A DNA stretch of 63,769 bases, counting the filler, from Parasitella parasitica NRRL 2501 (lineage: Eukaryota; Fungi; Mucoromycota): the NCBI GenBank assembly GCA_025201805.1. It is 11 parts of 11 records of this genome, joined end to end, with 100 filler letters (N's around TTAATTAATTAA, not from the genome) between each part and the next. Parts side by side here need not be neighbours in the genome. Positions count along the whole stretch, not along the records: positions 1 to 15,496 come from MU619269.1; positions 15,597 to 25,967 come from MU619267.1; positions 26,068 to 31,956 come from MU619259.1; 8 more parts are not named here. The stretch is one strand, 5' to 3'. Below are positions 13,285 through 26,768 of this stretch, in pieces. The notes under the pieces were generated by a model. That model had not been told where the DNA came from. It did not search any database and was given only the letters and a program-made list of their open reading frames with translations. Made by a program: the position numbers and the translations under genes. How positions within the stretch are numbered: the first letter of the stretch is position 1; each line of letters opens with the position of its first letter.

Positions 13285-13813
13285 TGTTATGTGGATTGCG
13301 ATAAAAAAATATAATAAAAAAAGCGGAAAGGATATACAATTATAACTCTTCGATATTTATTCAAAGTTAAAAATGTAAGCCAAGATCCATCAAGCTGAAA
13401 GATCTTGGATGTATTTATATAAAATATAATCTGTATGTTTCATGTTACTAATGCAGTAACTGGATTGTTATATGTCTCCAATTCAGGCTTCATGGGAAAG
13501 CAGTAACGATTGTGGTTCATAAGGAGCACAAAGGTGTACAATTGTCTTTATATGTTGAATGTTAATGGTGATATTTGTCATGTTCAATGTTGTTGTTCTC
13601 AAGGACACGGTTCTTAATAAAGAAATGTTGTCTTACTAATTCAAATAAGATGTGTGAAAGACTGCCAGTAGTTCACATCATGGATAAACATTGATTGGGA
13701 TATATTTTAGGATAAATAGAGATCATATCTTATGTCAATAAAAGTCTTCAGTTTTGTATCTGGTTTTATTCAGAAAGTCTTTATTACTTCATACAAATCT
13801 TATTTACATAACA
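13285..13813. mobile_element. Probable solo LTR (family E, ~530 bp)
   Basis: Terminal inverted TGTTATGT...ACATAACA; noncoding AT-rich interior; flanks do not match. Confidence 0.5.
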
Positions 13814-13870
13814 TTACGCTGCGCCCTTTGACTCTGGCACAAGAGTTTTCATTGTAGATACAATGCATTT

Positions 13871-14164
13871 TGTTGTGCCAGAAAGGCATGAGATTAAGCA
13901 ATTATTAGATTGGTAATTCTTTGCATACAATGACAAGGAATAATAAGCTATTAATGTACAGTAGAACATGTAATAAACTTGGTATGTAATACCAAGTTCA
14001 ATGTTAAACCATGATGACAAATAGTGTTACAATAGATATAATCTAGTATAAAAAGATGGCATTTTCTTATCAATAAAGTCATTAGTTTTTGTGTCTGATT
14101 TTATTTTTATAAAGTTATACATTTTTTTGAGCAGATCATATTTATATATCCTCTGCGCATAACA
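13871..14164 (+). mobile_element. Solo LTR, family B, with 5-bp TSD CATTT
   Basis: cattt|TGTTGTGCC...GCGCATAACA|cattt; second copy at 22749. Confidence 0.9.
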
Positions 14165-14189
14165 CATTTCGTTTTTCTTGTTGTGCAGC

Positions 14190-14720
14190 TAAAGTTAGGC
14201 ACTACAAAGCTTGTCTTTAAATGTCGAGCCAGATACCTTGACCAACACTGCGACAACAGCTGAAACAACAAGCTCTGTGAATATCAGCAAGGAGTCACCA
14301 CTTATTGAATCAACAGCATCAAACGTATCAACCGCGTCAACCACTTCCTCCACGTTATCTTCTTCAATTGTACTTGATGAGTTGAGGTTTTCTCCACCAC
14401 CAATGGAAGATCGTCTGCTCTTTAACAGTATCGACGTGTCTGCTCAGTTTTATTATTATAAGTTTCAGCTGGATGCGCAAAGCCGGCTGCGAGAAGATGC
14501 CGCCTTCACTATTGAAGAAAATATGCAACATATATTATTAGCCTTATCGTCAGTTCTCTTGCTAAAGCCTGCGCGCACTCATGAAGATTTGCACAGGCAT
14601 ATCGATCTTTAACACTTGTGAAGGACTTCGCCGACATATTATTTCTAAGCAGCAGACTGCGTATCGACCATTCCCAACTTCAACCAGGAACCGACTCGAA
14701 GAAATTATGGGACAAATGGA
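14190..14720 (+). pseudogene. Fragment of a repeat-associated hypothetical protein
   Basis: ORF ...SIDVSAQF...IEENMQHILLALSSVLLL... is frameshifted and flanked by TE pieces; function not recognisable. Confidence 0.4.
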
Positions 14721-14879
14721 TTTTTTGGTAATTTTATTTTACTGATGTGCTTTTCTTTTATATAGCAAATACCTCAGTAGCTGCTTCAATTTCAAATCGG
14801 GTAATAGCTAATCTTGCACTGTTTTCCATCATTGCCTGTGTCAACCAAAGGCTACAACATAATCAAGACAATATTGCAT

Positions 14880-15215
14880 GTGACGATATGAAATGAAAGC
14901 AATAATAAATTACTGGTCCATACTACAAAAATTAAGAAATAAACAAAAGCTAAAGCTACATTTTTATACGCAAATTTTACTTTTTTGAGCACATTTTTTT
15001 GAGTGTACGGGCACATTTTCGCCTCATGAGCACATTTTTTCAAGCCTTTTAAGCGCAATTTTAAGCCTATGAAACTAGTAATTTATGTGCTCATTTGAGC
15101 ATAAAAATGTGATCATAAGATGTTTCAATTTTTGTTCTCGCATGAGCACATTTATCGCCTTAACCTAGCTCGATAAGCACTTTTTTTGGCTCTAAAAAAT
15201 GTTCTCGGTCATGCA
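14880..15215 (-). mobile_element. CACTA/CMC subterminal region, truncated by an LTR
   Basis: Near-identical to 51748-52087; many GAGCACATT/ATGTGCTC subterminal motifs. Confidence 0.75.
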
Positions 15216-15426
15216 TGTTATGTCAAAAGTCTGATAAAATAAATCTGCCAAAGAATTACACCTTTATTCATAATACATCTCCCGATGTATTATATACACA
15301 TTCATTACACTAGGGTTCTACTGTCTAGCTGCATAATGTAAATCATGACTACCCATGATTTACTGTAAGACCCTGGGACTGATCTGAGATCCTGATGTGA
15401 GACCTTGCCATGTTATTGATATAACA
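15216..15426 (+). mobile_element. Solo LTR, family C (diverged)
   Basis: TGTTATGTCAA...TTGATATAACA; homologous to 21103 and 59918. Confidence 0.7.
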
Positions 15427-15496
15427 CCACCCCACACCAACATAAGCATTATGTGACAAAAGTAGAAGTAGTTCCCGAAGTCGTAGACCGTTGTAG

Positions 15497-15596
15497 NNNN
15501 NNNNNNNNNNNNNNNNNNNNNNNNNNNNNNNNNNNNNNNNTTAATTAATTAANNNNNNNNNNNNNNNNNNNNNNNNNNNNNNNNNNNNNNNNNNNN
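15497..15596. other. Artificial contig-joining linker (N..TTAATTAATTAA..N, 100 bp); same linker near 25968, 31957, 35981, 45842, 51648, 57461, 59540, 60903 and 62197
   Basis: Identical six-frame-stop 12-mer embedded in N runs ten times. Confidence 0.97.
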
Positions 15597-15933
15597 TCTC
15601 CGTTTTCCCAATATAAAGCGCACAGCAAAATGTTGTGCTAATGTGTTACTTTAACGTGGTGATAAAGACTCTGAATAAAACTCCAATACACAACTGGAGA
15701 ATTTTATAGACGTAAGCGTTGATCAATCGTTATCCATCTAACTTGCTATAAAATCAGCAAGATCTTGTTTTGGCAGTATCTCAACAACTAAAATAGATAT
15801 TGGAATTTGGAAAGTGTGGTGGTGTGAAGAGAAACAGTTATTGTATACTTTTCTTACAACCCAAATCCGTACCTAAAATTGACACTGAAGGTTTGCCCAA
15901 AGTTGATAATTGAAAATCGAATATGAGGTTTGG

Positions 15934-16252
15934 TGATGTGTCAATTTCCCAACCGGAAGTCAAACTCAAGTAAATTCAATCCTGAACACAATTCAGGAAC
16001 ATATCCCAATGGATTATGTTCCTTATTTATAACTCAACAACATGACATGTTCATGGACAACAATAGATACAATCTATCGTTCCACTCTTACTAAATCACA
16101 CCATGTCTCCTCACACTTGTATCTTATCCTCCCATCAGTTCACTTAGATTCACTAGTATATAAACCATCACTTTTTGCATGTAATGAACGAGATCTTTAC
16201 TTGATTAATTCACAACTGTTTTATTTGAATAGTTTCTCATTCCGATAAATCA
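15934..16252 (+). mobile_element. Solo LTR, family D, with 5-bp TSD TTTGG
   Basis: tttgg|TGATGTGTCA...GATAAATCA|tttgg; empty site visible in the paralogous repeat at ~17735 (gaggtttggggtcc). Confidence 0.9.
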
Positions 16253-16633
16253 TTTGGGGTTCAAACACATAGCAAAATCTGAAAAATAGTCAGAAATACA
16301 TGAGACTCGGATATGTTGTTGTAGAATGGTGCAAAAGAAAAATATTCTAACTATAAAGATTAAATTTCTATTGCTTAATAGTTTTTAAAGTTATTAGAGA
16401 TTGTAAATTAAAACTTTAAGCGTGAAAAAAGAAAATATTTCAGATTAGGTGATATTTATTTAATCCAAAGATAAAGGTATACAAAAATGGTTATTGAGCC
16501 CGAATTTTGCAGTATCTCAGCTATCGATTCATATGGAGACATACGCAAGGTACCTGTTAGAATGATGCTTTGCTCCTCAATTGAAAATAAGTGTTCCAAT
16601 CATTTACAACAAAAAAAAAAGGCTGTAGATTAA

Positions 16634-19600
16634 ATCTCAGCACTGTGTTTCCATTTGTCCCAAACCAGTTTCGAGCTTTTTTTCGCATCGTTCATTGCTA
16701 AATATCTCATAAACACAATAAGTATATCGGGTATGCGAACTAAGTGTTTTATAACAAAAATTAAATTCTGCATCCAACCATATATATTACAAGGCTATGG
16801 AAACACCTTTTTTTATTACCAATTTTCAAATATTCAAAAAACGCTATTTTTGATAGTTTTTGAGTAAAATCAAGTATATTTTGAGCACATTCAACTCTAT
16901 AAAGTTGACCAAACAAACCATCATGTCCATGCCTACAAAACAATACTTTGTTTACAACTGTAGCTTTATTATGTCTGCCAAAAATCAAAATCTTGTCTCG
17001 ACCAAAATGAATCCACCATTTTCCGGTCCTATGTTTAGAGGGCCAAAATGAAGCCATTCAAAAGGGTAAAAATCAATGTCGTTTTTCGAGATTTCCTCGC
17101 TCAAAAATTGGTATTTTCTGACCAAACTAAAATCTTTTGGTAGCTATTTTGTAGTTCCATTTTGGTATTGGTATATCATGTATCTTTAAATACCATTTAC
17201 TGCTCTGAAAACAGTGAAAATAAATAAAGCCTCTGCTAAAAACATCTGAAAAAAAATTTTTTTCGACATATCTATCTAACACTAATAAAACTAGCAGAAA
17301 ACTAAGTTTTAAAAATATTCTAGTAATTACTCAGGCCAAGTTGTCATAGTGGTTTGTAGAGAAATAGGGGGACAAAGTTTAACGTAAAAAGACAAAATTG
17401 GCTCTAATTTGTCGAATTCGAGCTTTTGTACAGCATGTTTAACACCAGTAAGTGTACCAAAATGTGCTTTATTACTTTACTTAGGAACGTAAACTTGGTT
17501 TAGTTGCAAAATAAGGTACTTGTAATAGGAACATATACTGTAAAATCCGCAAAATCTGAAAAATCTAGTTGTGGTAATATCTCGACAACAAAGATAGATA
17601 TCGAGAATCGGAAGACGTAGTGAGATACAGTTGCCATACTAGTATTAGCCTTTATTCTTAGTTTGGACCTCAAATCCGTACCTAAAAATGACCCTGAAGG
17701 TTGACCCAAAGTTGAAAATTGAAAATCGAATCTGAGGTTTGGGGTCCAAACATAGCAAAATCTGAAAAATGGTCAGTGATGCATGAAACTCGGATATGCT
17801 GTAGAAGGACGCAAAAAAAATAAGATGTTGGCTGAAGATTGTGTCTTTATCACTTACTAGTTTGTAAAAATATCAGAGATTGTAGATTATGCCTTTAAGC
17901 GGGGAAAAAGGTGATGCTCATGATTAGGTGGCATTTATTTTAATCTAAACATAAAGCTCATAAAAATAGCCTTTATATTCATATTTTACAGCATCTTGGG
18001 TATCGATTCATGTAAAGACATAACCAGATTGTTTTTGGGGTTCATGCTTTGCTCCTCATTTGAAATAGGTGCTTCACTGCAATAAAGAGCTGTATTCGCA
18101 GTGGTAAATTCAAGCACAGAAATATGTTTCCATTGCAACTTGCGCACATCCCAAACTTGCATTGCTTAATATCTCAAAAAATAGTATTGGAATGTGTTCT
18201 CTTTAAAATCGTCTCCGTTTTACCCAATATAATGCGCATAGCGAAATGTTGTGCAAATTTGTTATTTTAACGTAATTGTTGGATCAAAAAAGATAATAAA
18301 AACCAAATCTTAACGAGATACAGAAACTTAAAGATACTTTATTTAAGATCAAAATTGCATCTGCTATTTATACTTTTTACAGCTTCATAAATTTATGGTG
18401 ACTTATTTAGATTACTAATTTTTGACAACAAGACTAATTCACGGCGACAATCTACTATTACTTGACAGGGTACGATATGAGGTTATACAGCAAGGGCTAC
18501 ACGTACGTATTTGATCTGACAGTGCCTTAACCTTTATCCTGGTGCTCAGATCTGTGTTACTTACAGGAATAACCTTCTTGATTTGAAACAGAGACTTTAT
18601 TCTCCAATTTACACAAGGGTATCAGATTACAGCATTGGACAATCTTCAATCTTCAATTGAAGTACATTGCCAATAATCGCCTGTCTATAATTGTGGCAGA
18701 TCAAATATGATATTTATTGATGTGATGGGTTGTTTGGTCGACTGCATGCGTTTGTGTCTACTCTCAGAAGAATATAAGTTGTTTTGGCTGGGAAACAAAA
18801 ACATCATAAATTGAAAGAGAAAGACCATTTCAGGAATATGAAAAGATGATTTTAAAGGATAACTAATTAATATGGTTTGATGCAGAATTTAAAGGCTGAG
18901 GAAAAACATTTATGATGTATACGCATTGCTACATCTTCACTATATCAATCCCTACAAGTACTACACTTGCTGATTTGCTGCAAATATATTATATGATTGT
19001 ATCAGATACGAATCAGTATAATATCTCAACTGTCACTGGTTATCGCAATGTCTCGGCTGCCATGACATCAACAAGATATGCGGACTTGCTCAAATATCAA
19101 GGTGCGAACAAACTATTTGATATGTTACATAAGCTCATATTTGAAATATACATCAATTCAGCAAACAAATGCAACATTTTAGACTTACTTTTTGAGATAT
19201 TAAGCAATGCAAGTTTGGGATGTGCGCAAGTTGCAATGGAAACATATTTCTGTGCTTGAATTTACCACTGCGAATACAGCTCTTTATTGCAGTGAAGCAC
19301 CTATTTCAAATGAGGAGCAAAGCATGAACCCCAAAAACAATCTGGTTATGTCTTTACATGAATCGATACCCAAGATGCTGTAAAATATGAATATAAAGGC
19401 TATTTTTATGAGCTTTATGTTTAGATTAAAATAAATGCCACCTAATCATGAGCATCACCTTTTTCCCCGCTTAAAGGCATAATCTACAATCTCTGATATT
19501 TTTACAAACTAGTAAGTGATAAAGACACAATCTTCAGCCAACATCTTATTTTTTTTGCGTCCTTCTACAGCATATCCGAGTTTCATGCATCACTGACCAT

Positions 19601-20735
19601 TTTTCAGATTTTGCTATGTTTGGACCCCAAACCTCAGATTCGATTTTCAATTTTCAACTTTGGGTCAACCTTCAGGGTCATTTTTAGGTACGGATTTGAG
19701 GTCCAAACTAAGAATAAAGGCTAATACTAGTATGGCAACTGTATCTCACTACGTCTTCCGATTCTCGATATCTATCTTTGTTGTCGAGATATTACCACAA
19801 CTAGATTTTTCAGATTTTGCGGATTTTACAGTATATGTTCCTATTACAAGTACCTTATTTTGCAACTAAACCAAGTTTACGTTCCTAAGTAAAGTAATAA
19901 AGCACATTTTGGTACACTTACTGGTGTTAAACATGCTGTACAAAAGCTCGAATTCGACAAATTAGAGCCAATTTTGTCTTTTTACGTTAAACTTTGTCCC
20001 CCTATTTCTCTACAAACCACTATGACAACTTGGCCTGAGTAATTACTAGAATATTTTTAAAACTTAGTTTTCTGCTAGTTTTATTAGTGTTAGATAGATA
20101 TGTCAAAAAAAAATTTTTTCAGATGTTTTTAGCAGAGGCTTCATTTATTTTCACTGTTTTCAGAGCAATAAATGGTATTTAAAGATACATGATATACCAA
20201 TACCAAAATGGAACTACAAAATAGCTACCAAAAGATTTTAGTTTGGTCAGAAAATACCAATTTTTGAGCGAGGAAATCTCGAAAAACGACATTGATTTTT
20301 ACCCTTTTGAATGGCTTCATTTTGGCCCTCTAAACATAGGACCGGAAAATGGTGGATTCATTTTGGTCGAGACAAGATTTTGATTTTTGGCAGACATAAT
20401 AAAGCTACAGTTGTAAATAAGGTATTGAAGTGTAGGTATTGACATGATGGTTTGTTTGGTCAACTTTATAGAGTTGAATGTGCTCAAAATATACTTGATT
20501 TTACTCAAAAACTATCAAAAATGGCGTTTTTTGAATATTTGAAAATTGGTAATAAAAAAAGGTGTTTCCATAGCCTTGTAATATATATGGTTGGATGCAG
20601 AATTTAATTTTTGTTATAAAACACTTAGTTCGCATACCCGATATACTTATTGTGTTTATGAGATATTTAGCAATGAACGATGCGAAAAAAAGCTCGAAAC
20701 TGGTTTGGGACAAATGGAAACACAGTGCTGAGATT
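16634..20735. repeat. Long inverted repeat: ~1.55-kb near-identical arms (~16634-18180 and ~19188-20735) around a ~1-kb spacer
   Basis: Mirror ORFs in the track (17500-17709 minus equals 19660-19869 plus; 16655/20713; 16860/20508), with coordinate sums of ~37368. Confidence 0.95.
18277..18703 (+). mobile_element. LTR family A copy in the spacer of the inverted repeat
   Basis: TGTTGGATCAAAA...GTGGCAGATCA. Confidence 0.8.
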
Positions 20736-21102
20736 CAACCTGCAGTCTTTTTTTTTCGCTATAAAGGAGTGCATCACCTATTATTCTCAATTTAATAAAA
20801 AAAAAAGCACGACTCTAATGGGTAACTTGGGTATGATGTCTCAATGCGAATCAATAGCCGGAATACGAGCTCAAAAACCATTTTTATATACCTTCATTTT
20901 TGGGTAAAGTTCATATTACCAAATCAAAGTCATAACCCTTTTCCACGCTCAAAAGCATAATTTCCAATTACTGCTATGCTTACAAACTATTATGCGATGA
21001 AGGTACAACTTTCAGCCAAAAGAATTTCCATTTGAACTATTCTATATAACAAAATATCCAATTCTCAAATATTTCTGATCATTTTTCAGATTTTGCTATG
21101 AA

Positions 21103-21339
21103 TGTTATGTCAAAATAAGTCAGTAAAATGAATCTGCCAAAGAGTTACACTTTTATTAAAAATACATCCTCGTCTGAATGTATTTATATAAACTAACATT
21201 ATGTGCTAACGTCATCATACACAACTGTAACCAACATTTATATATAGAGCATGCGGTGTAAATCCCTGATTTACCACGTACATTGGCTTTTAGCCCTTTG
21301 ATCTTGCTACAAGATCTATGGCATGTTATTGACATAACA
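21103..21339 (+). mobile_element. Solo LTR, family C
   Basis: Perfect 11-bp terminal inverted TGTTATGTCAA/TTGACATAACA; near-identical to the reverse complement of 59918-60156. Confidence 0.8.
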
Positions 21340-22748
21340 CTGAGTTTGGACAAATTTGCGGTAACCTTCAGGATCATTTTAAGTTATGCATTTAGGGTCG
21401 AAGGAAAGTATCTACCTTGTTCTAGCACTAGTACAATATAACTGTATCTCGACCGCGCTTTCCGAATTCCAATATCTATCTCAGTTGTCAAGATAACGCC
21501 AAAACAAGATTTTGCTGAATTTATAGCAAGTTATATGGATAAAGATTGATCAAGTCTTACGTCTATAAAAGTCTCTAGTTGTGTATTTGGAGTTTTACTG
21601 TGAGAAAGTCTTTATTACGTTAAAATAGCACATTTGCACAAAATTTCGGTGTGCGCTTTATATTGGGTAAAACAGAGATAATTTTAAAGAGAACACAATA
21701 TTCCAAATTATACGGGAAAAGATGCTCTCTTAAAAAAGAATATATACATAATTTCAACAATTGCTTTGTCAAACTCACATTTAAGAGTGACATGAGAGAA
21801 ATGGTGTTTGTGGCATATTTCTTTTTATTTTTGAAGCTCAATAGGATATTGACAGTTGATGTTTATTTTCTTTGATGTTATTATGGTCGAATTGGTGGAA
21901 AGAGTTCAAAATATGGAATGAAAGGCTCTCAATTTGGATTTCATCTAATTAACAATAGCAATAACAACATATATATCTTTCTTACAACAGAAACAACAAG
22001 AATAATGTCAACAAAATCATCTCTTCAATTACATTCTTCTATTTAACTTTATTTTATTTTAATTTCTTATCATATTCAAGCATCTGCCGCACAGATTGCA
22101 ACATTTTCTAGTTAGCCATTTAGTATAAATATCTCTTTCAATTGCAGGATTCTAATAAAAACAACTTTCCATTCTTATTTTTATTGGTTTCATTTTGACA
22201 AGACAACATTAGACGTTATTTTCTGTGTTCCTTAATAACTTGTAAGTTACATGATGATGATTACAGAGAGGATCAACTGGATGATGTTTATTAACATAGC
22301 TCTGATTCATTTTGTAATTTTTAGCTTGTTAATTACATCTAAATCCAATATCCTTCAAGTTAAAGAATTTCCATTTGATCAAACCGATCATATTTCGAAC
22401 TATTCTCATTTATCCGTTTCAAGAGTAACTTGATTTGTGCCAATAGGGACAGAAAGCGTTTGGTATGCAGTAGTTTACGCAACCTAAAAAAAAAGCCTTC
22501 TTCTTGTGATTACAGATAAATTTTGTTGTTTTTGCTTTATTCAAACACGTTCATTGAACAGAACAAATATTCAGTTTGTAGATTGTAAAGACACTGCTAA
22601 GAATCTAGAGAATACTGTACATTACCTATTAGCTTTAAAAGTATGTCATCCACAATCTTTATTTATACATTAAAGTATAAAAAATTGGACAATTTGGCCT
22701 AAAATCAAAATTTAGGTTTTTCTGTTTAATCCAGTTAATTTTCAATAA

Positions 22749-23041
22749 TGTTGTGCCAGAAAGGCATGAGATTAAGCAATTATTAGATTGGTAATTCTTT
22801 GCATAGAATGACAAGGAATAAGCTATTATTAATGTACAATAGAACATGTAATAAACTTGGTATTACATACCGAGTTCATGGTTTAACCATGATGACAAAT
22901 AGTGTTACAATAGATATAATCTAGTATAAAAAGATGGCATTTTTTTATCAATAAAGTCATTAGTTTTTGTGTCTAATTTTATTTTTATAAAGCTATAAAC
23001 GTTTTGAGCAGATCATATTTATATATCCCCTGCGCATAACA
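22749..23041 (+). mobile_element. Solo LTR, family B, with 5-bp TSD AATAA
   Basis: aataa|TGTTGTGCC...GCGCATAACA|aataa. Confidence 0.9.
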
Positions 23042-24750
23042 AATAATACAATGTAATTTAATCTTTGCATATTAAGATGAAGCACCAGTTCTTGTATCAG
23101 TTTGTTTTATTATGCATGGAGACTATGTCATCAAATATATGCAATGAAAAAAATTACAAAATGTTTTTTTTTTTGACAAACTGAACGATTTAGAACAAAA
23201 AATGTGCTTGCTTTTTTAAATTCAGCTGAGTGCTCAATCAAAGGCTTTGGAGGTATAACTGATAACTATAACATGATAGATCAGTATGGAATCATCTCTT
23301 TTCCAGAAATCAGTAGTAAAAGATAGATCAGAATCTCTATATTCTGATACAGCACCAAAAAAAAGCACAAAATACGTTATAACCGTGCAATATCTTCAAA
23401 ATAATACTGATGTATGTCGCAAATTTCTCAATTTCGCATATTTGTTTTAAGCAGTGTAGAGATACGAGAAACAGCCCATATGTCAATTATAATACATCAT
23501 TCGAATGCTACAATGCATTCAAACTCGGCTGTCATAAGTAAAAATCTAGATCAGAATAATGAGACTTGATTTAACTGTTCTTCCCCTTTTTTCCTCTTTT
23601 CATCAAGACTTTAGATTGAAATAACTTTTCATCCAAACAACCAATTTTCAAAACATAAAAGATATTCTATTCAACNNNNNNNNNNTTCCCCTTTTTTCCT
23701 CTTTTCATCAAGACTTTAGATTGAAATAACTTTTCATCCAAACAACCAATTTTCAAAACATAAAAGATATTCTATTCAACAACATCAAGTTTACTTATCA
23801 TAAAGCTTTGATGCACCAGATTATAGTTTTCCCCTTAGTTTTGCCACTTTATATTGTTTACTGTGTTGCATGCATTTACTGTTTACGCAAAAATACGGTC
23901 ACTGTTAGGCGTAATAAAAAATTGGCAACTCACCCCCCCCTTTTTTTTTGCTGCTTCTCTACTTCTACTACGCTATTATGTTACTATTATATACTCTTAT
24001 CTTTGATTATCTACGATGCAAACGCATGCACTTTGTATTCATTATTGCTGGTATTATACGTTATACTACCTCTTTGATTGTGGGAAAGTCGAGTTTTTTC
24101 TTTAAAAGTAGTAAATATTATCCACGTTTTCTAAAAGACGCTAACTAACACTCTCATACGCGTTTTCTATAGAATCTATCACAAGAAAACAATCTACAGG
24201 ATGGCGTGTTCCTAGTGCAGTAATTCATTCAGGTATTATTATTTATCATGTTTTCGTAAGAGCTTTTTTTACTAACTGAAAAATCTTTTTTGTTCTACTC
24301 TTGTAGTTTGGTTCTCTCTTCATGTCAAATGGATGGCCTATCATTGAAGATGGCAGAACCGCTAATTGGATGTGAAAAAAGCGTAAGTTGGAGTGTTACA
24401 GAAGCATGTGGGGTGTTTCTACTCATTGACTGTGCTTACCCTAGCAGTTCTTGAGATGGGCCATTTTATCCGAAGCTATGAAGTGTGGTAAGGCATTTTT
24501 CGGCTATTGAGGGGGGGTATTCATTGAAATTCTACCAATTTCTATTTTTGGTCGAATTTCAAATTCCGCCTAACATCAAAACAGGGGGAAACCCTGTTTT
24601 TTTGTTTTTAGGATTTAGGTGTTTACTTAGCCAAATTGTTCGTGATTTTATGAGAAAAACAAAAACAAAAATAAAAAAAAATAAAAAATAAACAGAATCA
24701 AAAAATACATAATCATCTTCCCACTTTATTTGAACATAAGCAATGAGCAT

Positions 24751-25061
24751 TGATGTGTCAATTTCCCAACTGGAAGTCAATCTCAAGTAAACTCAATCCT
24801 GAACACAATGCAGGAACTTATCCCAATGGATCATGTTCCTTATTTCTAACTCAACATGACAACATGTGCATGGACAATAGATACAATCTATCGTTCCATT
24901 CTCTAAATCACACCATGTCTCACACTTGTATCTTATCCTCCCATCAGTCCACTTAGATCCACTAGTATATAAACCATCATTTTTTCCATGTAATAAACGA
25001 GATCTTTACCTGATTAATTCACAACCGTTTTATTTTAATAATTTCTCATTCTGATAAATCA
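24751..25061 (+). mobile_element. Solo LTR, family D
   Basis: Homologous end to end with 15934-16252; flanks agcat/atcag do not match. Confidence 0.85.
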
Positions 25062-25115
25062 ATCAGTAATCATATATATGTATCAATTCTCCAAGATATT
25101 AATATATGCTATAAT

Positions 25116-25450
25116 CACTATGGCCTCCTGGATGTTCTCGGTGAACACAAATGTGCTCAAATGGGAACATTATTAGGGTCATGGGAGCATTTATGTGCTT
25201 GTGAGAACATAAATGATTTTGCCCCAGAATGTTGTGCGTTTATAAAAAAAGTCGAGATAGCTCATTTTTAATTATATAATATTATTTCTGAAAAATTTCG
25301 GTTTTTTTTTTGTGCTTGTAGTAACTTTTGGTACCAAATATTCGTTATGACATTGCATTCCAAAGATCGCATCTCTGTTTTGAGTAAAAGTTTATTTATG
25401 GTCTTCTCACGACCATACAAATGTTCATTTGAGAGCAAAAAGTGAAGAAA
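25116..25450 (+). mobile_element. CACTA/CMC element terminus with subterminal repeats
   Basis: Starts CACTATGGCCTC, matching the reverse complement of the end at 52126; atgtgctc/gagcat motifs. Inner boundary approximate. Confidence 0.65.
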
Positions 25451-26067
25451 AAGTACCTACTGTTAACCAAAGTGTTGTTCAAGAAGTTGAAGAAGACGCT
25501 GGTGGTAATAATGCTAGCACCAGTAGCAATATACTTGAATAAAGTATATATTTTGTTTTTACATGGTTGCTTTCAATTGTTGAGATGACCTCTTGTAGCG
25601 GTGTTTTTCCATTGGCTTCTTTCTGCATGCTTAGCCCAAAACATTGCATATTGTGATGACCGAATGCATATTTTAGCTTCTTTGTTAGCTCTCCTTGGTC
25701 TTTTTCTTTTGTTTTATCTATCTTTTTACAACTTATGAACTGGTATTTTAACTTAAAAAACACACAATATTAGCACATTTGTGCCAAATATAAGTACATT
25801 ATACAGAGTAATAACATCTTCACGTATCTGTAGTTTCATCATAAGAAATAGTAGCTTCTCTTTCATTAAGGAACAGCTTGCAGTATAGCTTTGTGTGAAG
25901 AAATGATACGTACGCAACATATTTTGTGTTTTGCTATTATCATGGTATGTATTCGAGTTTATTCTAANNNNNNNNNNNNNNNNNNNNNNNNNNNNNNNNN
26001 NNNNNNNNNNNTTAATTAATTAANNNNNNNNNNNNNNNNNNNNNNNNNNNNNNNNNNNNNNNNNNNN

Positions 26068-26230
26068 ATGTTTTAACATGGTTCGTCAAGACCATGGTTT
26101 AATACTTTCTTCTCTTTCGTCTTTGGCAAGTGTTCAAGCTGGCACCTTGACCTTGCCTTTACCTAATCTATAGTTTCATGATGAAATGCTAATAAAAGAT
26201 ACACTTTAATACAAAAAAAAAAAAAAAAAA
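26068..26230 (+). mobile_element. 3' end of a non-LTR retrotransposon (AATAAA plus poly(A))
   Basis: ctAATAAAagatacactttaatac followed by A17. Confidence 0.5.
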
Positions 26231-26416
26231 ATCTCAGCTTTACAACATTTGTATCTGAATTTCAGAACGATTAATCTTCGTTTCGACATATTCTGAATTT
26301 TCGAACAATTAGCAATAGTAACACTCCATACGTGCTTTCATACACAAAAAAAAAAAACTCCATACGTGCTACATACACTACATCGCCGTTTTACGATAAC
26401 AGCTTAACAACGTACA

Positions 26417-26768
26417 ATGCCTACTATTCCTGAAGGAACTTGGGCAGGCAGCACTTGGGCAAAACTAGCTGCTCGTGGTGCTGGTATTCGACACTACGAA
26501 CACAACAAAAGACGTTCAGCCACGGCTACAGCGTCGTCTTATCAATTAGTAGGATCAGTAATTTATGAAGATGAGGATTTTACTGGAAGAATCCTAGCTA
26601 ACAAAGCAATGGAAATTTTGCAACAGTCGCTTACTCCTGGCTCTGTTCTGTTTACATTTCGAAAAGGTTTATTTGGTGATCGCGTCGATGCCTACAAGGC
26701 AATCCAGGCTCAGGTTTCTCCCTTGGTTGAATTTCGTCCTCTCAACATTTATGACTCCAAGGATGATG
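26417..26768 (+). mobile_element. LINE ORF1-like N-terminal fragment, cut by a CACTA terminus
   Basis: MPTIPEGTWAGSTWAKLAARG...LTPGSVLFTF...DAYKAI...FRPL resembles, from memory, Mucorales LINE ORF1; the reading frame is lost at CACTACGGCC (26769). Confidence 0.5.

Noticed and set aside
16655-20713. Duplicated small ORFs (63-70 aa) as a gene pair
   Set aside because: By-products of the inverted repeat, with non-ATG starts and no protein features.
23577-23780. ~95-bp direct repeat
   Set aside because: Identical copies flank a 10-N gap, typical of unmerged contig overlap.
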